A stretch of DNA of 64,000 nucleotides from Chrysomallon squamiferum (Eukaryota > Animalia > Mollusca): the NCBI GenBank assembly GCA_012295275.1, contig CM022675.1, forward strand, positions 14,446,001-14,510,000, read 5' to 3'. The number at the start of each line of letters is the position of its first letter. Position 1 is the first letter of the stretch. Position numbers and translations under genes: made by a program. This document shows positions 1 to 13,805 of the stretch, piece by piece. Under the pieces are notes generated by a model, which worked only from the letters and a program-made list of their open reading frames with translations, had not been told where the DNA came from and searched no databases.

Positions 1-2514
1 GTACACCTTGCACGATACAAAAGTCTGGAATGTGGCGCGTTATGGTATTTTAATTGCAGGGGAGCTGTCAACGTGCAGGGAATTTAATATTATGGACGTT
101 ATTTCATAAAAGTGAGGAGCTTAAAAGCACATAATCCTGTGTAACCTGAAATATCTCATTTGAAATGACGTAGTTTCGTTACGACCCACTGAAAACAAAG
201 ACGAGAACTTGTTCATTATATACATGCACCCGTTTTTCCGTTCGAACAGATCTCGTAAGAGACGCGAAACTGAAACAGCAAGCGTATTGTTTTACTTCTT
301 ATGATTAGAAGTGGGAAGCCTATTTTAAGTGATACCCGTCTCACTTCAGCTGTAACTGTTAGTTAATTACGCAGGCAACATTTCAAGTTGATATCAAGTT
401 TACAAGTCAATTACCGCGTATTTGTACGCCTCGCAACATCAACTGTATTCTGTTAACTTTGCACAAAACCGCTACTCGGGCATGTGGACATTTTGAAATG
501 ATTCGCTATTGACGCCCCAGCATATATCAGCTGCTGTCAGAACGTATATCACCATGTTGTAAATACGAGACTCTCTGGCTCTTAGTATGTGTTTATTTAA
601 ACTTTTAAATACGCCATAATAACATTATATCGTTTTGTTAGTGTTTATTTATAAATTTATATCTCTAGTAGTACATCTAACATTAAATTACTTCCAACTT
701 ATTATTAGTAATAGTAATAGCAGTAGCGGTAGCAGTAGTAGTATTTTCTTTATTATTGTCATTGCTCATAACTGAGTATGGCAGTTAAATCAGTGTTAGA
801 AAATATCTGATGGCAATCTTTTATCTTTCTACAAAAGCAGTCGTGACGTCATAACGTACATAGCGGACTGGTATTTGTATTTTTTCAACAACATTAGAAG
901 ATCGGTCCGCATGCACATAATGACGTCGTTTTTCAAAATTAAATAGCAAAATAATAATAAATAAAATTAAGTTAAACTTTCTTGTTTGTTTCTTTATAAT
1001 ATCAAAACAAAACTTATTAAACACATTGGTTATTAACTTAACTCTCTTAAGAGCCTCGAAGAAAAATGAAGAAGAAGAGCCAAAGACAATGTTAAATGTG
1101 TCAAGTATTACTTAGATTGTCACTTTAAACAGAACACAATCGTCATCTCAGTCAGCTTTCTGTTAAAACGTCTAGATACATGTGACTTCCATAGAAAAAT
1201 AAAACCAGCAAACTATATACTTCAATAGACTCTTACTACAATGTTAAATAAAAATATTTTAAAAAACCCAAATACTCGAATTTCTGGTAAACAGAGTATG
1301 CATCAACCATTTTGACAGGAAAATTTGCACATTTTCCAGAATATGTCATTCCAAACATTTAAATTTAAACAGTTATTTCATATTAAATATCCATGATCAT
1401 AACACAGAAACCTGTTTTTTTTCTCCTTTTTTTTTTTTTTTCTTTTTTCTTTTAAGCAATGCTTATATTACAATATATAAAGGTGAAAATATACTTCGTA
1501 AATTCAGAAAGTTTATTTTATTGAATTTTTTTAACATTGTAGTAACAGTCTACTAAAGTAGATTTTTCGATGTCTTTGTTAGAGAGCACTGCGGAAAACG
1601 GGAAAATCTAAAATCAGAACATTGCTGAGAATTGATCCAGTTGATCATTAGGTGTCAGATAAACCTGCAGTTCATAGACAAACAAGTACATAATCCTAAC
1701 CCTAAATATACCTGTACATAATTCTTATATTATGTTGTTATTGAGAAAGTATGGAACAGAATCATAGAACAACAATAGAAACATTCCCGATAAGCAAAGT
1801 GTTTTTTTCGTAGCAGCTGCAGTTTCGTACACAAAAAATAATAATAAAAAAAAAAAAAAAAAAAAAATCCGATGAAGTTAAAAATAAAACAGAATATACA
1901 AAACTAACACTATAAATAAATAAATAAATAATGACAATGATGATGATGTAATGCTGCTGCTGCTAATGATGATGATACCAACAATAACAATAATAATAAT
2001 AATAATAACAGAAAAAAAGGGGACATATGATAATAACAACAACTTACAAGAATGACAGGAGAAACAACAATAATAATACAACCAATATCAGAACCAAGAG
2101 CTGTAACAACAACAACACCAACAACGCTGTGCATTCAAGTAATCATTTTCACATATTAAATTGATTTTTGTTTTTTTTCCCCAGTTTACTTCGTCATATT
2201 TACTGAACTTTATACTCTTTTTTTTTTCTGTACCCACTCTACAGACAATTACCAGTTTAATTACCAATGCAGTGATACGTTTTTGCTTTGTTAGCTTATG
2301 CAAACAGTTTAAATGGAAATCCCCTGCAGGCGAGGGTTTAACGTTTCCGTACACCAAACACCCGAGAGAAGAAAATCAAAGCCAAGTACGCGATTCTGAA
2401 CTATTAAATTTCCAGATACCCTTCGAAGAAAATTGTTTAGATAATGAAGTTCTTTACTTTTTGCCGGCGACGACAAGACATCTCAAGTGAACAAGATCGT
2501 TGTTTCTCGCTTCA

Positions 2515-2582
2515 CGGGTCCTGATTGGCTATCGGGAACAGTTGTGACAGAAACCACGCCCAGTTTTGAAATTTTCGCGGAT
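2515..2582 (+). promoter_or_regulatory. Putative engrailed proximal promoter (CCAAT/NF-Y, KLF/Sp GC box, CHR plus E2F-like site)
   Basis: CTGATTGGCT (reverse CCAAT, ~2521-2530), CCACGCCC (~2554-2561) and TTTGAAATTTTCGCGG (~2565-2580) cluster about 500 nt upstream of the engrailed ATG in a CpG-containing island. Function is inferred from motifs only. Confidence 0.45.
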
Positions 2583-3067
2583 CGTATGTTATATCTATCA
2601 CCACCTTTTTTTTTTTTTTTTTTTTTTTCTCGCTGTAGTTAATTGTGTTTCTTCATTTCTTTCTTCCGAGGTTTGTGTTACAAGAGAAAGCGCTGGACTG
2701 GTGTATTTTATCGGCAGATTTCGCACGCGCCATCCAAACTCCCACACATAACTTTTTTACTTTCTTGTTTTGCTTATTTCTTTCTGTTTTGAATTGCCAG
2801 GGTTTCTGTAAAGTCATCAGTTTTCAAATCGAAATGGAAATCTATGAAGTAGCCTAAAATAATAATAATAAGAAGAAAAAAAGAAAAAAACGAAGAAAAG
2901 AAGGGGAAAAGTGAGAGGAAAAAAAAAGAGAAATAATATTGGAATCTCTATCAAGGCAATGGAATTGTGCTACATTTGATGAAAAACTGAAAAGAAGATT
3001 TCCCATCTCACCCCTGCACAGATGTGTCTGCTTTGAAAACTTTCAAATTTCTCAACGACGATTTGCA

Positions 3068-4119
3068 ATGAAGCACACGCGATTTACAATCGACGATATT
3101 CTTAGTCCAGACTTCGGACGTCAGTCACGACAAGGACAACATCACTGCAACAACGACTTCAAGAAAAACGATGATGACATTTTACATCCGGAAATAGCCG
3201 ATAATAACTCCAGAATAACCTCTTTATTACTCTTCAAAACTGAAAATCACAGAAACAATTTATTTTTGTGTTCCTCTTGCACAGATGAACGGACGTCAGG
3301 AAAGCTTAATTTAAAAAATAATAATCATTTGTTTAAACAGTGTGATAAATACGAAACTAATACTGAGAATCGGAAACGTTGTAGTGACAGACAGTTATAC
3401 GGAGAGACGGAAGAACAGAAATCTCGTGTGGAAGTTACGTGTTTATCTGATAAAACATCGTCAAATGTGCTTTGCTCAAAAACAACATTTTGCTCAAGAA
3501 ATCATACTCCAAAAATTACCGCATTACCGGATTCCGGACACGGGAATGTTAGACGTACATCCGCGGACAGAAACCGTTCCGTCCCGGAATCTGCCGAATC
3601 TCCTACGGAGGAGAAACCAGCGATATGGCCAGCCTGGGTGTACTGTACCAGATACTCAGACAGACCTTCCGCAGGTAAATCTTCAGCATCCAGTCCTAGA
3701 AATCATTTTAGATAAATCCAGGTTTTGATTTGAAAACTAGATCCTGCTTGTTAAATTTCAATTAACTTTCGTAATCACTTTTTATAATAGAATATTTTAT
3801 TGTCTAAAATGTCACTGTCCTTATTATTTTTATTTTACATCATAAAACTAGGTTTTTATATTTTTCTAAAACATTTTAATGTACAGATACCTGTTTATTT
3901 GACAACGTCAGTTCATTAAAAATAAAATGGTAAAAAGAAAAGACTACAAAAAAGAAGAAAACAGAAAAAAGATATCAGAGTAAATACATGTTGGAATTAT
4001 AATAATAAATTTATTTAATAAAGTTTAACAACTGTTTCTTTTTTGGTCTAACTGCATGTAATTAAAATGTCTCTCTGTATGCATGTATGTGTCTATTTGT
4101 TTGTATGTATGTATGTATG

Positions 4120-4168
<49 letters not shown>

Positions 4169-4299
4169 GTTATGTATATGTTTTTATAGTTATACATATT
4201 GTAAACTTTGTTGAACAAAATAAATATAAACTTATAACTGTATTAAGTCAATACTTGTATATTCTATATCTGTGTGGCTATCTATCCCTATCCATCCAT

Positions 4300-4330
<31 letters not shown>

Positions 4331-7229
4331 ACTATATATCTACATATAATCTATGTATGAATGTATGTATGTATTGTAAGTATGTATGTGTATATGTAGC
4401 TATCTATCTGTCTATCTGTGTATCTGTATCTGTCTATATCAGTTTATATCAACTGGTTCTGTGTTTTACTCATCACGTATTTACGGTGATTTCCAACACA
4501 TGTACAAGCCCGTACACACTACATTATTTATATCGACGTGTTAATCATCTTCATATTTGTTTGATGTTCCTTTTTTACCTTTTTTTTTTTTTTTTTTTTT
4601 TTTTCTAACCAATTGACTATTAAGGTGACGGAGTGCGACATCATACCAAGCCGCCATTATCCGAGTGTCGTCTGCTTGAGACTGCCGGCGCGAAATTAGC
4701 AATTAATTCTGACTCCGTATCTCCGGTGTGTTTGTGTGTACCATGAACTGAAAAATACGCTTCCTCTCTTCTTTCGCTACACCATTTAATACTACAATAA
4801 CCCCCTTCGGATCTCATTGTTAACAAATATCCTACCCCCTTCGTGTCTCATCATAATTGATATTAAATCACGCTAGCAAGGGTCTGTATAAAAATCTGAC
4901 CATAGTGGAACGTATTAACTTTTTTCTTTTTCTCTTTTCTTTATACAACGCCGTCACTAACACTTATCAATAACTAAATGTTGGAAGTTATTCGATACGT
5001 CAAGTTTTGAGGTCTCACACAACAGTTTTGTAAACACGACCGATCTGAATGGAGTGTCTATTATCAGGGTGTCAGCGTAAAACGTCTCAATATGTGAGAT
5101 CAGTCGGGGGTTTATTTCAGTCGCCATTTTCTCACTGTTCTGTGTCGCCAAGTCCCAGCAGACAGCCGCCGCCTTTTCAAACAACACCCTGTCCCCCCGC
5201 GCTCTCTGCAGTTTGACTTCATTAAAGTATGACACCAGTGATAAACGTATATGCGTGTGTCACGTGACTAATTTAATTGAAATTATTATTTTCAAGTCGC
5301 TTTCTTCCATGTCGTTGTTGTAATATATTTCTTTTTGTTTTGTTTTTCGTCGTCATCATCATAGACAAAAACATCATTAAACCGTCATCGAAATTTATTA
5401 TATTTAATTTTATTTTTTACTACATTTATTTATTTATTTATTATATTTTTTTTATACGAAACTGCGGCTGCTACGAAGAAAGGCTTTGCTTGTCGTGAAT
5501 GTTTCTATTGTTGTTCTGTGATTCTGTTCCACGCTGGTTCGTCTGCTGCTGGAAGTAATTGAATTATCAGTACGCGGGATCGCTTACCGCCCCTCGCTGT
5601 GTGCATCAGTGTCTTTTCAGCCGTGCTTTCTACTTTACACTCCAGCGCATTTAGACGTGTAAACCCGCGAGACACGGCACTTAGTTAATTACAAGAGAAA
5701 ACACAGATTAAGTTTCCCAATTGTTAGAAGTTGAAACGTACACTGAGAAAGACGATGATTAAATTAGGAAGAGGTGTAGCCGATATCTCTATTCATTAAA
5801 CAATTTTCTCTTCATTTTCTGTAGCCTACAATTTTACTTCTTCTTTTCTTGCCTTTCTGTTACATATCCTTTTAGAAATTTTACTATTTTAATCTTTAAA
5901 TGTATTTTATAGCTTTCATTTTTCTCTCTTTCTTTCGTTCTTTGTCTGTTTTATTTATTTTATTTTAATTTTCTTTCTTGCTTTCCGAGTTTACTCTTTT
6001 TGTTTGTTTGTTTCTTTCATTTACTTGTTTATTTTTCAGTTTCAGGTATCTACGAAATTCTTTTTTTCTTCTTTCTATCATTCTTTCCTTTTTAGACAGA
6101 CATTTTAGAAATGTAGTTTTCATTTCTTCCTTCTTTCGTTTCTGGTTCTATTTCGTTTTTCTTCTTTCATTCATTTCCTTTGTTGGATTTTTGGTGCCGT
6201 TTTGTGGTGGGTTTTAATATCTGTATATACTCTATCTCTACATTCCTCTCATACACTCGATATTTTGTATTTAATAATGGATAAATGAGATACTTAAATA
6301 AATTAAAAAAAGAAAGAAACAAACAATAAAATCACCACCACCAACAACAACAAAACAGCAACAAACATAAACAAAACAAACAAAAAACTTTTAAATATTC
6401 AAAATTTTTGCATATCTGTATTTCAGCTAGTTTCTTTCTTCCTTCTTTCATTCTCTCTCTCTGCTTGTCTGTCTCTCACATTCTTTCTTTTCACTCATTT
6501 TCGACCACCAGAAAGTAAATGTTGACATCTCACAAACTCTCGTCAGTTGTTCTCGCCCATCACGAGAACTTGAACACGATTGTACGGCGATAAGAGACTG
6601 TCAGTAACACAGCGAATTCCGGTTCTTCCGAAAGCGCTCTCCACACTTCCCCACGTGTCTCAATTAGTTTTTGGCTGACATGGGAAAGCAAGATTGCCAA
6701 GCAAAGATAACTCTTTCCAATTTAGATAAGTACTCTTTCAGCAGAATGAATGCCTAAGATAGTTCACACGGAATCACTGTCAATAGCTGATGTTTCTTCT
6801 TAAACACTCGACTTGACAGCGCACAACAGCAGTTGTCTTCCTTTTTTCAAGCAGAAGACTTCCGGTTTAATGCATGTAAAAAAATAAGAAGAAAAAAGTA
6901 AAAAAATATAAAAACAAGAAAAAAGTAAAACAAAATAACTAAACAAAAACAACATAATTGAATAATATGCTTCATTTTTGTCTTTTTTTTTTGTAAATTT
7001 TTGGAAACTTACTATTGTTATAAAAAGTGTTCTTTTAAACAGTTTTCTCACTTCGTCTGATGCTGTACTAGCAAGCTGGGCTGCTTTATATTAAACGTGT
7101 TTTTACTGGATTATCAGTTACAAAATCATGTTTTATCACTTCGAGCGCCAGTTTACTTTCCACCTGCCAGCTATGTACTGTTCTTTACTGTTGTTTTTCT
7201 TTTCGTTCGTTTCCTTCTTCTTCTACATC

Positions 7230-7287
<58 letters not shown>

Positions 7288-7851
7288 TGTTGTAGTTTTG
7301 TTGTAATTTTTATTGTTTTTATCGTTATTGTTAAATTTTAAATCTTTTATATGTGTGTGTGTATGTATGTATACTTTTTATATATGTGTATGTGTGTGTT
7401 TGTGTGTATGCATATGTATGCATGCATGCAGTAATACACTTAGAATAGAATACCAACAATTTACACTGCGCATACAGATTATTTCATTTTATTTCATTTT
7501 ATTATATTTTATTTCATTTATTTTATTTTATTTATTTCATTATTAGGGCCACGGATAAGAAAAAGTCAGAAGAAAGAAAAACTTTCCGACGAGAAGCGAC
7601 CTCGAACAGCCTTCACCTCTGAACAGCTGGAGAAACTGAAACTGGTTTTCGAGACGAATCGCTACCTGACGGAAGTCAAGAGGAGACAACTTGCCAAGGA
7701 TCTGGGACTAAACGAGGCACAGATAAAAATTTGGTTCCAGAATAAAAGAGCGAAGCTGAAAAAGACGTCGGACTGTCAGCCACTGGCGGAGAGGCTGATG
7801 GCGCAAGGACTTTACAATCACAAAACCGTTAAGCGTGACGAATCAGCGTGA
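3068..7851 (+). CDS. en: Engrailed homeobox transcription factor (2 exons: 3068-3674, 7547-7851; ~303 aa)
   Basis: Exon 1 has EH1 ([15 protein letters not shown]) and EH2 ([18 protein letters not shown]) and ends G|gtaaat (phase 1). Exon 2 follows ttattag and reads GPRIRK (EH3)...[58 protein letters not shown] (homeodomain), then EH5 [13 protein letters not shown], stop TGA 7849-7851. Exon 2 is absent from the ORF track. Confidence 0.97.
4610..5275. promoter_or_regulatory. CpG-rich non-coding island in the engrailed intron (candidate enhancer/silencer)
   Basis: Unique, GC/CpG-enriched sequence between simple repeats. It has several TAAT/TAATT homeodomain cores, GCCATTA (~4653) and GCCATTTT (~5124) YY1/Pho-type cores and the palindromic E-box GTCACGTGAC (~5259). 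No convincing ORF. Confidence 0.4.
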
Positions 7852-8156
7852 TCGTGTGAATATGTAAAATTAAATGAATGACGTGCATATCACGTTTCAC
7901 GTCATGCCGGGTGTATCGATAAGCGAAAGACGCGTTTTTGTTACAAGTTGTTAAGATAAGGGAAGCAGGCTTGCGACGAAGGAAACTGAAAAAAACGTTT
8001 ATTTCAGAAACGTAACAGAAAGAATTGAAAATAAGGAAACAAGCGACAAAGAAGAAAGAACCAGAAAACAGTTTCTCCTACAGAACGTAAAAATAAAGAT
8101 GCAAAGATTATTTAGTGCGCAGAATATACACGTACTGCCAGCAACAAACAAACGGA

Positions 8157-8196
<40 letters not shown>

Positions 8197-8845
8197 CTAG
8201 TCTTTGTTTTTGTTTTCTGTCTGATTTTTAATTTTTTTTAATTTCTGATTTTTTTACCAGCAGCGGCAGCAAGATATGTTATATACGCCTTCCACAAATA
8301 ATAGTAATTCTGTTGTACACCGTGAAGAATTGAACCCACGACATATCACGCATGATCCAGTCACTGAGAAATGTTTCTATCAGTTGTAGACTAATACAGT
8401 TTAGAGATAATTGTCTCCAAAGAAAAATAAATAACAAAGAAAAAGAAATCAAAAAGAAAATAATATCAATAACAAAAACAAAAACAAACTAACAAAAGAA
8501 AAAACCGAACTAATAATAGTAATAAAACAAACTAACCCATAACATCGCTCCAAAAATAACCGGCGATACTAAATATTTGCAATTACAGAAAAAAACACTT
8601 TATTTCAAACATTTCTGTCACATTTATCTAAAAAAATATATATATAATAATAATAATAATAATAAAATGATAAAATAAAACAAGTCTGTTGACGTTTGAC
8701 TGTCATGTCGACCCTAATGATAAAGCAGACTTAATGAGAAAGGAAGTCATCATCGGATAATTCGCTGTCTTGTTCCTCGTCTTACAAATGAATTGCCGCT
8801 CGGTCGTTGAATCTATTCCTTTCTATTTCTCGTTTAGACAGAACT

Positions 8846-9066
8846 ACAGGTATGTACTGTCCTGTTTAAGATATGGGGCATACAAAAGATCCCTTTGGCG
8901 CTAAATGGTGGCATTGAATCTTCTATCTCGTTCTTTATTGTATATCTGACGTCATACTGAAATTATGTTCGTAATAACATAAAGCATCCATCCAGAAATA
9001 ACGTCAGCAGTTCATACACAACCGTGTTCACATTAAAGCAAGTAGTCTAACCACTGAGCTAAAACT
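8846..9066. mobile_element. Decayed tRNA-derived SINE fragments
   Basis: GGTATGTACTGTCCTGT...GCATACAAAAGATCCCTT resembles, from memory, the conserved core of molluscan SINEs (Meta/MESC type). TCTAACCACTGAGCTA (~9046-9061) is a reverse-strand tRNA A-box. The same family appears at 59205-59625. Confidence 0.55.
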
Positions 9067-9300
9067 CTGATTAAAAATACAAGTGAAACATTTCAATCTT
9101 AGATAATTCTTTTACAGTTAGTTTGAAAACAAAAATAACTAATGTTAATTTTCTGTGTTCATTATTATATGTAAGTGAATACTTTTAACACTACGTTAGT
9201 GATCTATTAGTACACCAAATACATATCAACATATAATGTTCAAAGAAACCAGTTCTTTAAATGTGTTTTAATAAAAGAAAAAAAATACTAACATTTAACT

Positions 9301-9488
9301 TAACTGCCATACTACCACCAATAGGACTGTGAAAACGTAATTTCATTGGCTGTGTGAAGTTACGACGTCGACTACGTCAAGGTTGCTTCGTTATCTACAC
9401 GTTGACAGGGAGTGTCTGTAGTAAAGTCTTATTAATAAAAGTTCGTGTGGTTGTTATGATTAAATTGCAAAACGATATCTTTGTTACT
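9301..9488 (+). repeat. Left arm of a long inverted repeat (partner 15023-15212)
   Basis: The reverse complement of 9351-9488 matches 15023-15160 with 6 mismatches in 138 nt. The outer ~50 nt match more weakly. Confidence 0.92.
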
Positions 9489-11604
9489 AACAGATTAAAA
9501 CAAAGCTGACGTACAAAATAAGTGTATAGTGTATATGATGATCAAGCAGGATTAATAATTTATTTAGAAGTTATAAAGTTGCTTAAAATGACGCGTGTGC
9601 GCGTGCGCGCGCGCGAGAGAGAGAGAGAGATAACGAGTGAACTAAAAGAAAAATACTGACTGGAACGTCCATAGAACAGACATATTAATACATATAATAC
9701 TGCAGTCTAAGTTAAGAACAGATAATACTGTGTGATGTTATAAGTTTTAAATGTATTTTATGTTAATTTGTTTTAACGTGTCAGTTTTTGTGTGAATATT
9801 TGTGAATGTACGTATGTTCGTATCTGTGTTTGTCTGACTATGTACATGTGGGAGGGTGTGTGTGTGTGTGAGTATATTTGTGTGTAGGTATATGTAAATC
9901 TGTTTCCAGTTAAAAGGTATTTTGTTTAAATAAATAAATAAATAAACCAAGAACAACAAATCAAGTAAAAGAAATAATAAGAAAATATCGAAACAAGAAG
10001 AAGAAAAAAAAAAAATGTCAGGATGTCACTTAAGTCCAAAGAAAAGTCATCACTAATTTTATCATTTGACGTCAGAAATCTTGTTTAAATTTTGATAAAA
10101 TGTGACTCGTAACGGCTAATCTGAAATTTTCTGTTTATTAACAACATCTCCGCTCTAAGTCCTTCCGCTCACACTATTTACCTAGTAAATATGTATACAG
10201 GTAATCTCTGTGTTATATATTTCGCTGGGTGAACAAAAATCATTTCATTTCATTCTATCGCTGAAAAACAAACGGACGAATGTGAGTAGAGAGTCAGATT
10301 TTCTAATATTTAAAGTTTAACACGTAATTCAGGTGTTGCACATTACAAGGTAATACAGGTGTTTTGTTTCACATAGACTTAGTTCAAGTCTAATTGAAAT
10401 ATAACTTTTTTGTTTATTTATTTTATTTTATTTTATTTTATTTTATTTTATTATTTATATTATTTTATTTATTTATTTTACTTGTTTGTGCATATGATGC
10501 ATAAACATTTTTTAAATAATAATAAAAAAGATATGATAACAAAATAATAATAAATAATTATAAATAATTTATTATCACTAATCAGTTAATTTAGCAATAA
10601 CAACAACATCAATAATAATAATATTACTGAAGTATTAATTTCTAAATGTATTAATTACTAAAAATTACAGAGAAATATATAGAGAAATATATTTTTAAAC
10701 AAGTTAATAACTAATAAATAAATAAATAAGGAATAAAAAGAAAGTAAAATGAAAGGAAGCAAATTACAGCAAGAAAATTAATGTAAACAAATGAAGACAT
10801 TAATATAAATATTAATTATTTAATAATGATGGAAATACATTAAAAATAAATAAGTAAACAAAGAAGTAATATAAATAAAACAAACAAACAAACAAACAAA
10901 GAAATAACCGGTTGTATCTATATATATATATATGCAATTACAGAAAACAAAAACATCATTTATTTGAAGCTTCTGTCAAAATTCAGAAAATAACAAAGTA
11001 AATAAATAACAAAGTAAATAACAAAGTAAATAAATATAGAAAAATAAAGAAAGAAAGAAATTGACTTCGTGCAAGTCTATGTACTAATGTTTTTCAATAG
11101 TCACGAGCTAACAGTTTTTTTACTCTTTCTTGTTTTCTGTTGAATAATCTCTGATTACAGGTACATTACAGGTGAGAATATTCTTATATATTATTTAAAA
11201 TAAATTTAAAAAATATACCTATCTGGCAGAAAGAATGAAATTTGTACATAAGTATTTGATAATATGCTGAATCAAAAATCTAAACGTACCGTTTGAAAAA
11301 TTACATTGTTTTTTTAGGAGGCTAAAATATGCAAAGCTTGGCAGTTTTGAAACTTATTTATTTTTGTCATAAAATTCAAAGATGTACTCTGTTTTATAAA
11401 AGATACAACTTAGTGTGTTAACAGGTGTATCATAAATAAAACACAAATATTTCGCTGGCGGGTCCCCCCAGGGTGAAGATTTTAATAAAACGGATTTCGT
11501 AAGAAAAATCTTCATAATGTTGCTTGACATTATACATAATTAGGTCAGTCATTTTGTACAATATCTCCTTAAATAAAGTTTGCTACTTGAAAGTTAGAAT
11601 ATTT

Positions 11605-11642
<38 letters not shown>

Positions 11643-13014
11643 TACACACAAACACACACACACATACACACACACTTATATTTTCATTGGATAATAAGAT
11701 CGGTACGTGTTATACATGGGAGTGTAAACGATTTAGCACATAATTCACACCGTTACTAATTTTACCTGTTCATCATCAGCTGAGTTTTAACATACTGTCT
11801 GAATTTGTGTCTAGACGGAGTCTGGTACACAACGGCTACATCAACACAACTCTGCGAATCGCAGACTACACGCACGTGCCACGTGCACCGAAACCTTTCT
11901 TCACATTGTTTTTAAAACTCACAGCACTACAGACAGGAGCCAGGTATTATAATCTCCATCCAACAACAGCCAGTAAGAAGCAGATATTAAGAAATCGTAG
12001 AGTTTGTCTGGCGTCTTGTGCGTGCAGCGGAAAAATCTGTGTAACCGGAATAGTAAACAAAAACACAGTTCTGACAGAGGACGTGTTTTCATGTTCGTTA
12101 TTTCAGAAAAACTAAAATGAAATGTTTAGGCGTGTTGCAGTGGTGATTTCAACTGGTAGAGCAGTTTTACAAATCTTTCTGATAGTTACCTCACTGTCTG
12201 TCACCTGGTTTCAATAGTCAGAATCTTCTCAAAGGAATCTGAAAATGTTCAAAGCATGCTGCACATAAATAAAGTAATAATACTAAGAGAAGTATTAAAA
12301 AAAGAAATAGTAGTAGTAATGCTAGTAGTAGTAGTAACAGTAGTAATGGAAAATAATAAAAGAAGTAGTTACTGCTATTAACAGTGTAATTATTAGTTAG
12401 TATTGTAATTATTAGCAGTAATAGCTATGGTAGTAGCAGTAGCAGCAGTAATGGTAGTAACTATACTATAGTAGCAGTAGTTGTAGTAGTAGTGGTAATA
12501 GCAGCAATAGCAACAGCAGCAGCAGAAAGAAAAGTAACAGTAATGTTTACGTTCTAATGCAGTTTAAAAACAAAAAATTGTCAGTTGCTAATTTTTATAG
12601 GAAAAGAAGTGAATTAAAATTAAAATATAATTGATTTTACTTAATCTGATCAAACAACACAAACCTTCTGTTTACTGGTGTAAAACTTGCATAATAAAAC
12701 AACAAAATCTCCAGTTAAGAAATAAATGTTATAGTCACGCTGACGTGAGAAATACATTTCAAAGACACCAAAGGTTTACTGCACAGTAAAATGCTACATG
12801 CAAATAATGAAACATTAAATATATTTACCCTAAGTACATACTTCTAATTGCATTATTTTTTTTATTTGAATTTATTATAATAGTTATTATTTTAAGAAAT
12901 TTAGGTTTCGTTAACTTCAAAATTTATTAAAATTCTGTGAAAGACATAAATTATTGTATCACTCCCTGAACACATTCACACACGATCTGTGTTTGTATAC
13001 ATCTGCATGGAGTG

Positions 13015-13130
<116 letters not shown>

Positions 13131-13296
13131 CAATCTCTGTATGTATATGTAGGTATATATATGTTTGTATGTATGTATCTATGAATGTATGCTATATGTA
13201 TGTATGTATGTATGTAAGTATGTATGTAAGTATGTGTGTAAGTATGTATGTATGTATGTAAGTATGTATTTATGCATATATGTCTGTCTGTGTGTG

Positions 13297-13356
<60 letters not shown>

Positions 13357-13449
13357 GTGATGAGTGTCTACTTACAATTTGAAGTGGTATTCATATAATT
13401 TAGATAAAAATAATATTTTAAATAATTATTGCTGAGACAGGTGACAGTT

Positions 13450-13664
13450 ATGGAATCACTGGGTGTTTTGTGGAGAGTGTTAGTGCTAGCTGTGATAATA
13501 AGTAAAACCAGGTCTAGTCGAATACCTTGTCAACACGTGTGTTCAACTAGCACAGACGTAAACAGCAAAATGTATCACGTGTGTGCGTGTGGTGATCCTG
13601 CACGTGCAAGACAACAGTTTCCAGGTATTTATTTATATCAGTTGTGCACCTGTGTATATATGTA

Positions 13665-13746
<82 letters not shown>

Positions 13747-13767
13747 TGTGTGTGTATATGTATGTGT

Positions 13768-13805
<38 letters not shown>

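Noticed and set aside
2939-3067. N-terminal extension of engrailed predicted by the ORF track
   Set aside because: It starts at TTG, a prokaryote-style start. The first in-frame ATG is 3068, directly before EH1.
3675-7546. Insect-type 'RS' micro-exon in engrailed EH2
   Set aside because: Exon 2 begins with GG, so a 6-nt phase-1 micro-exon could not encode the Ser, and no candidate was seen.
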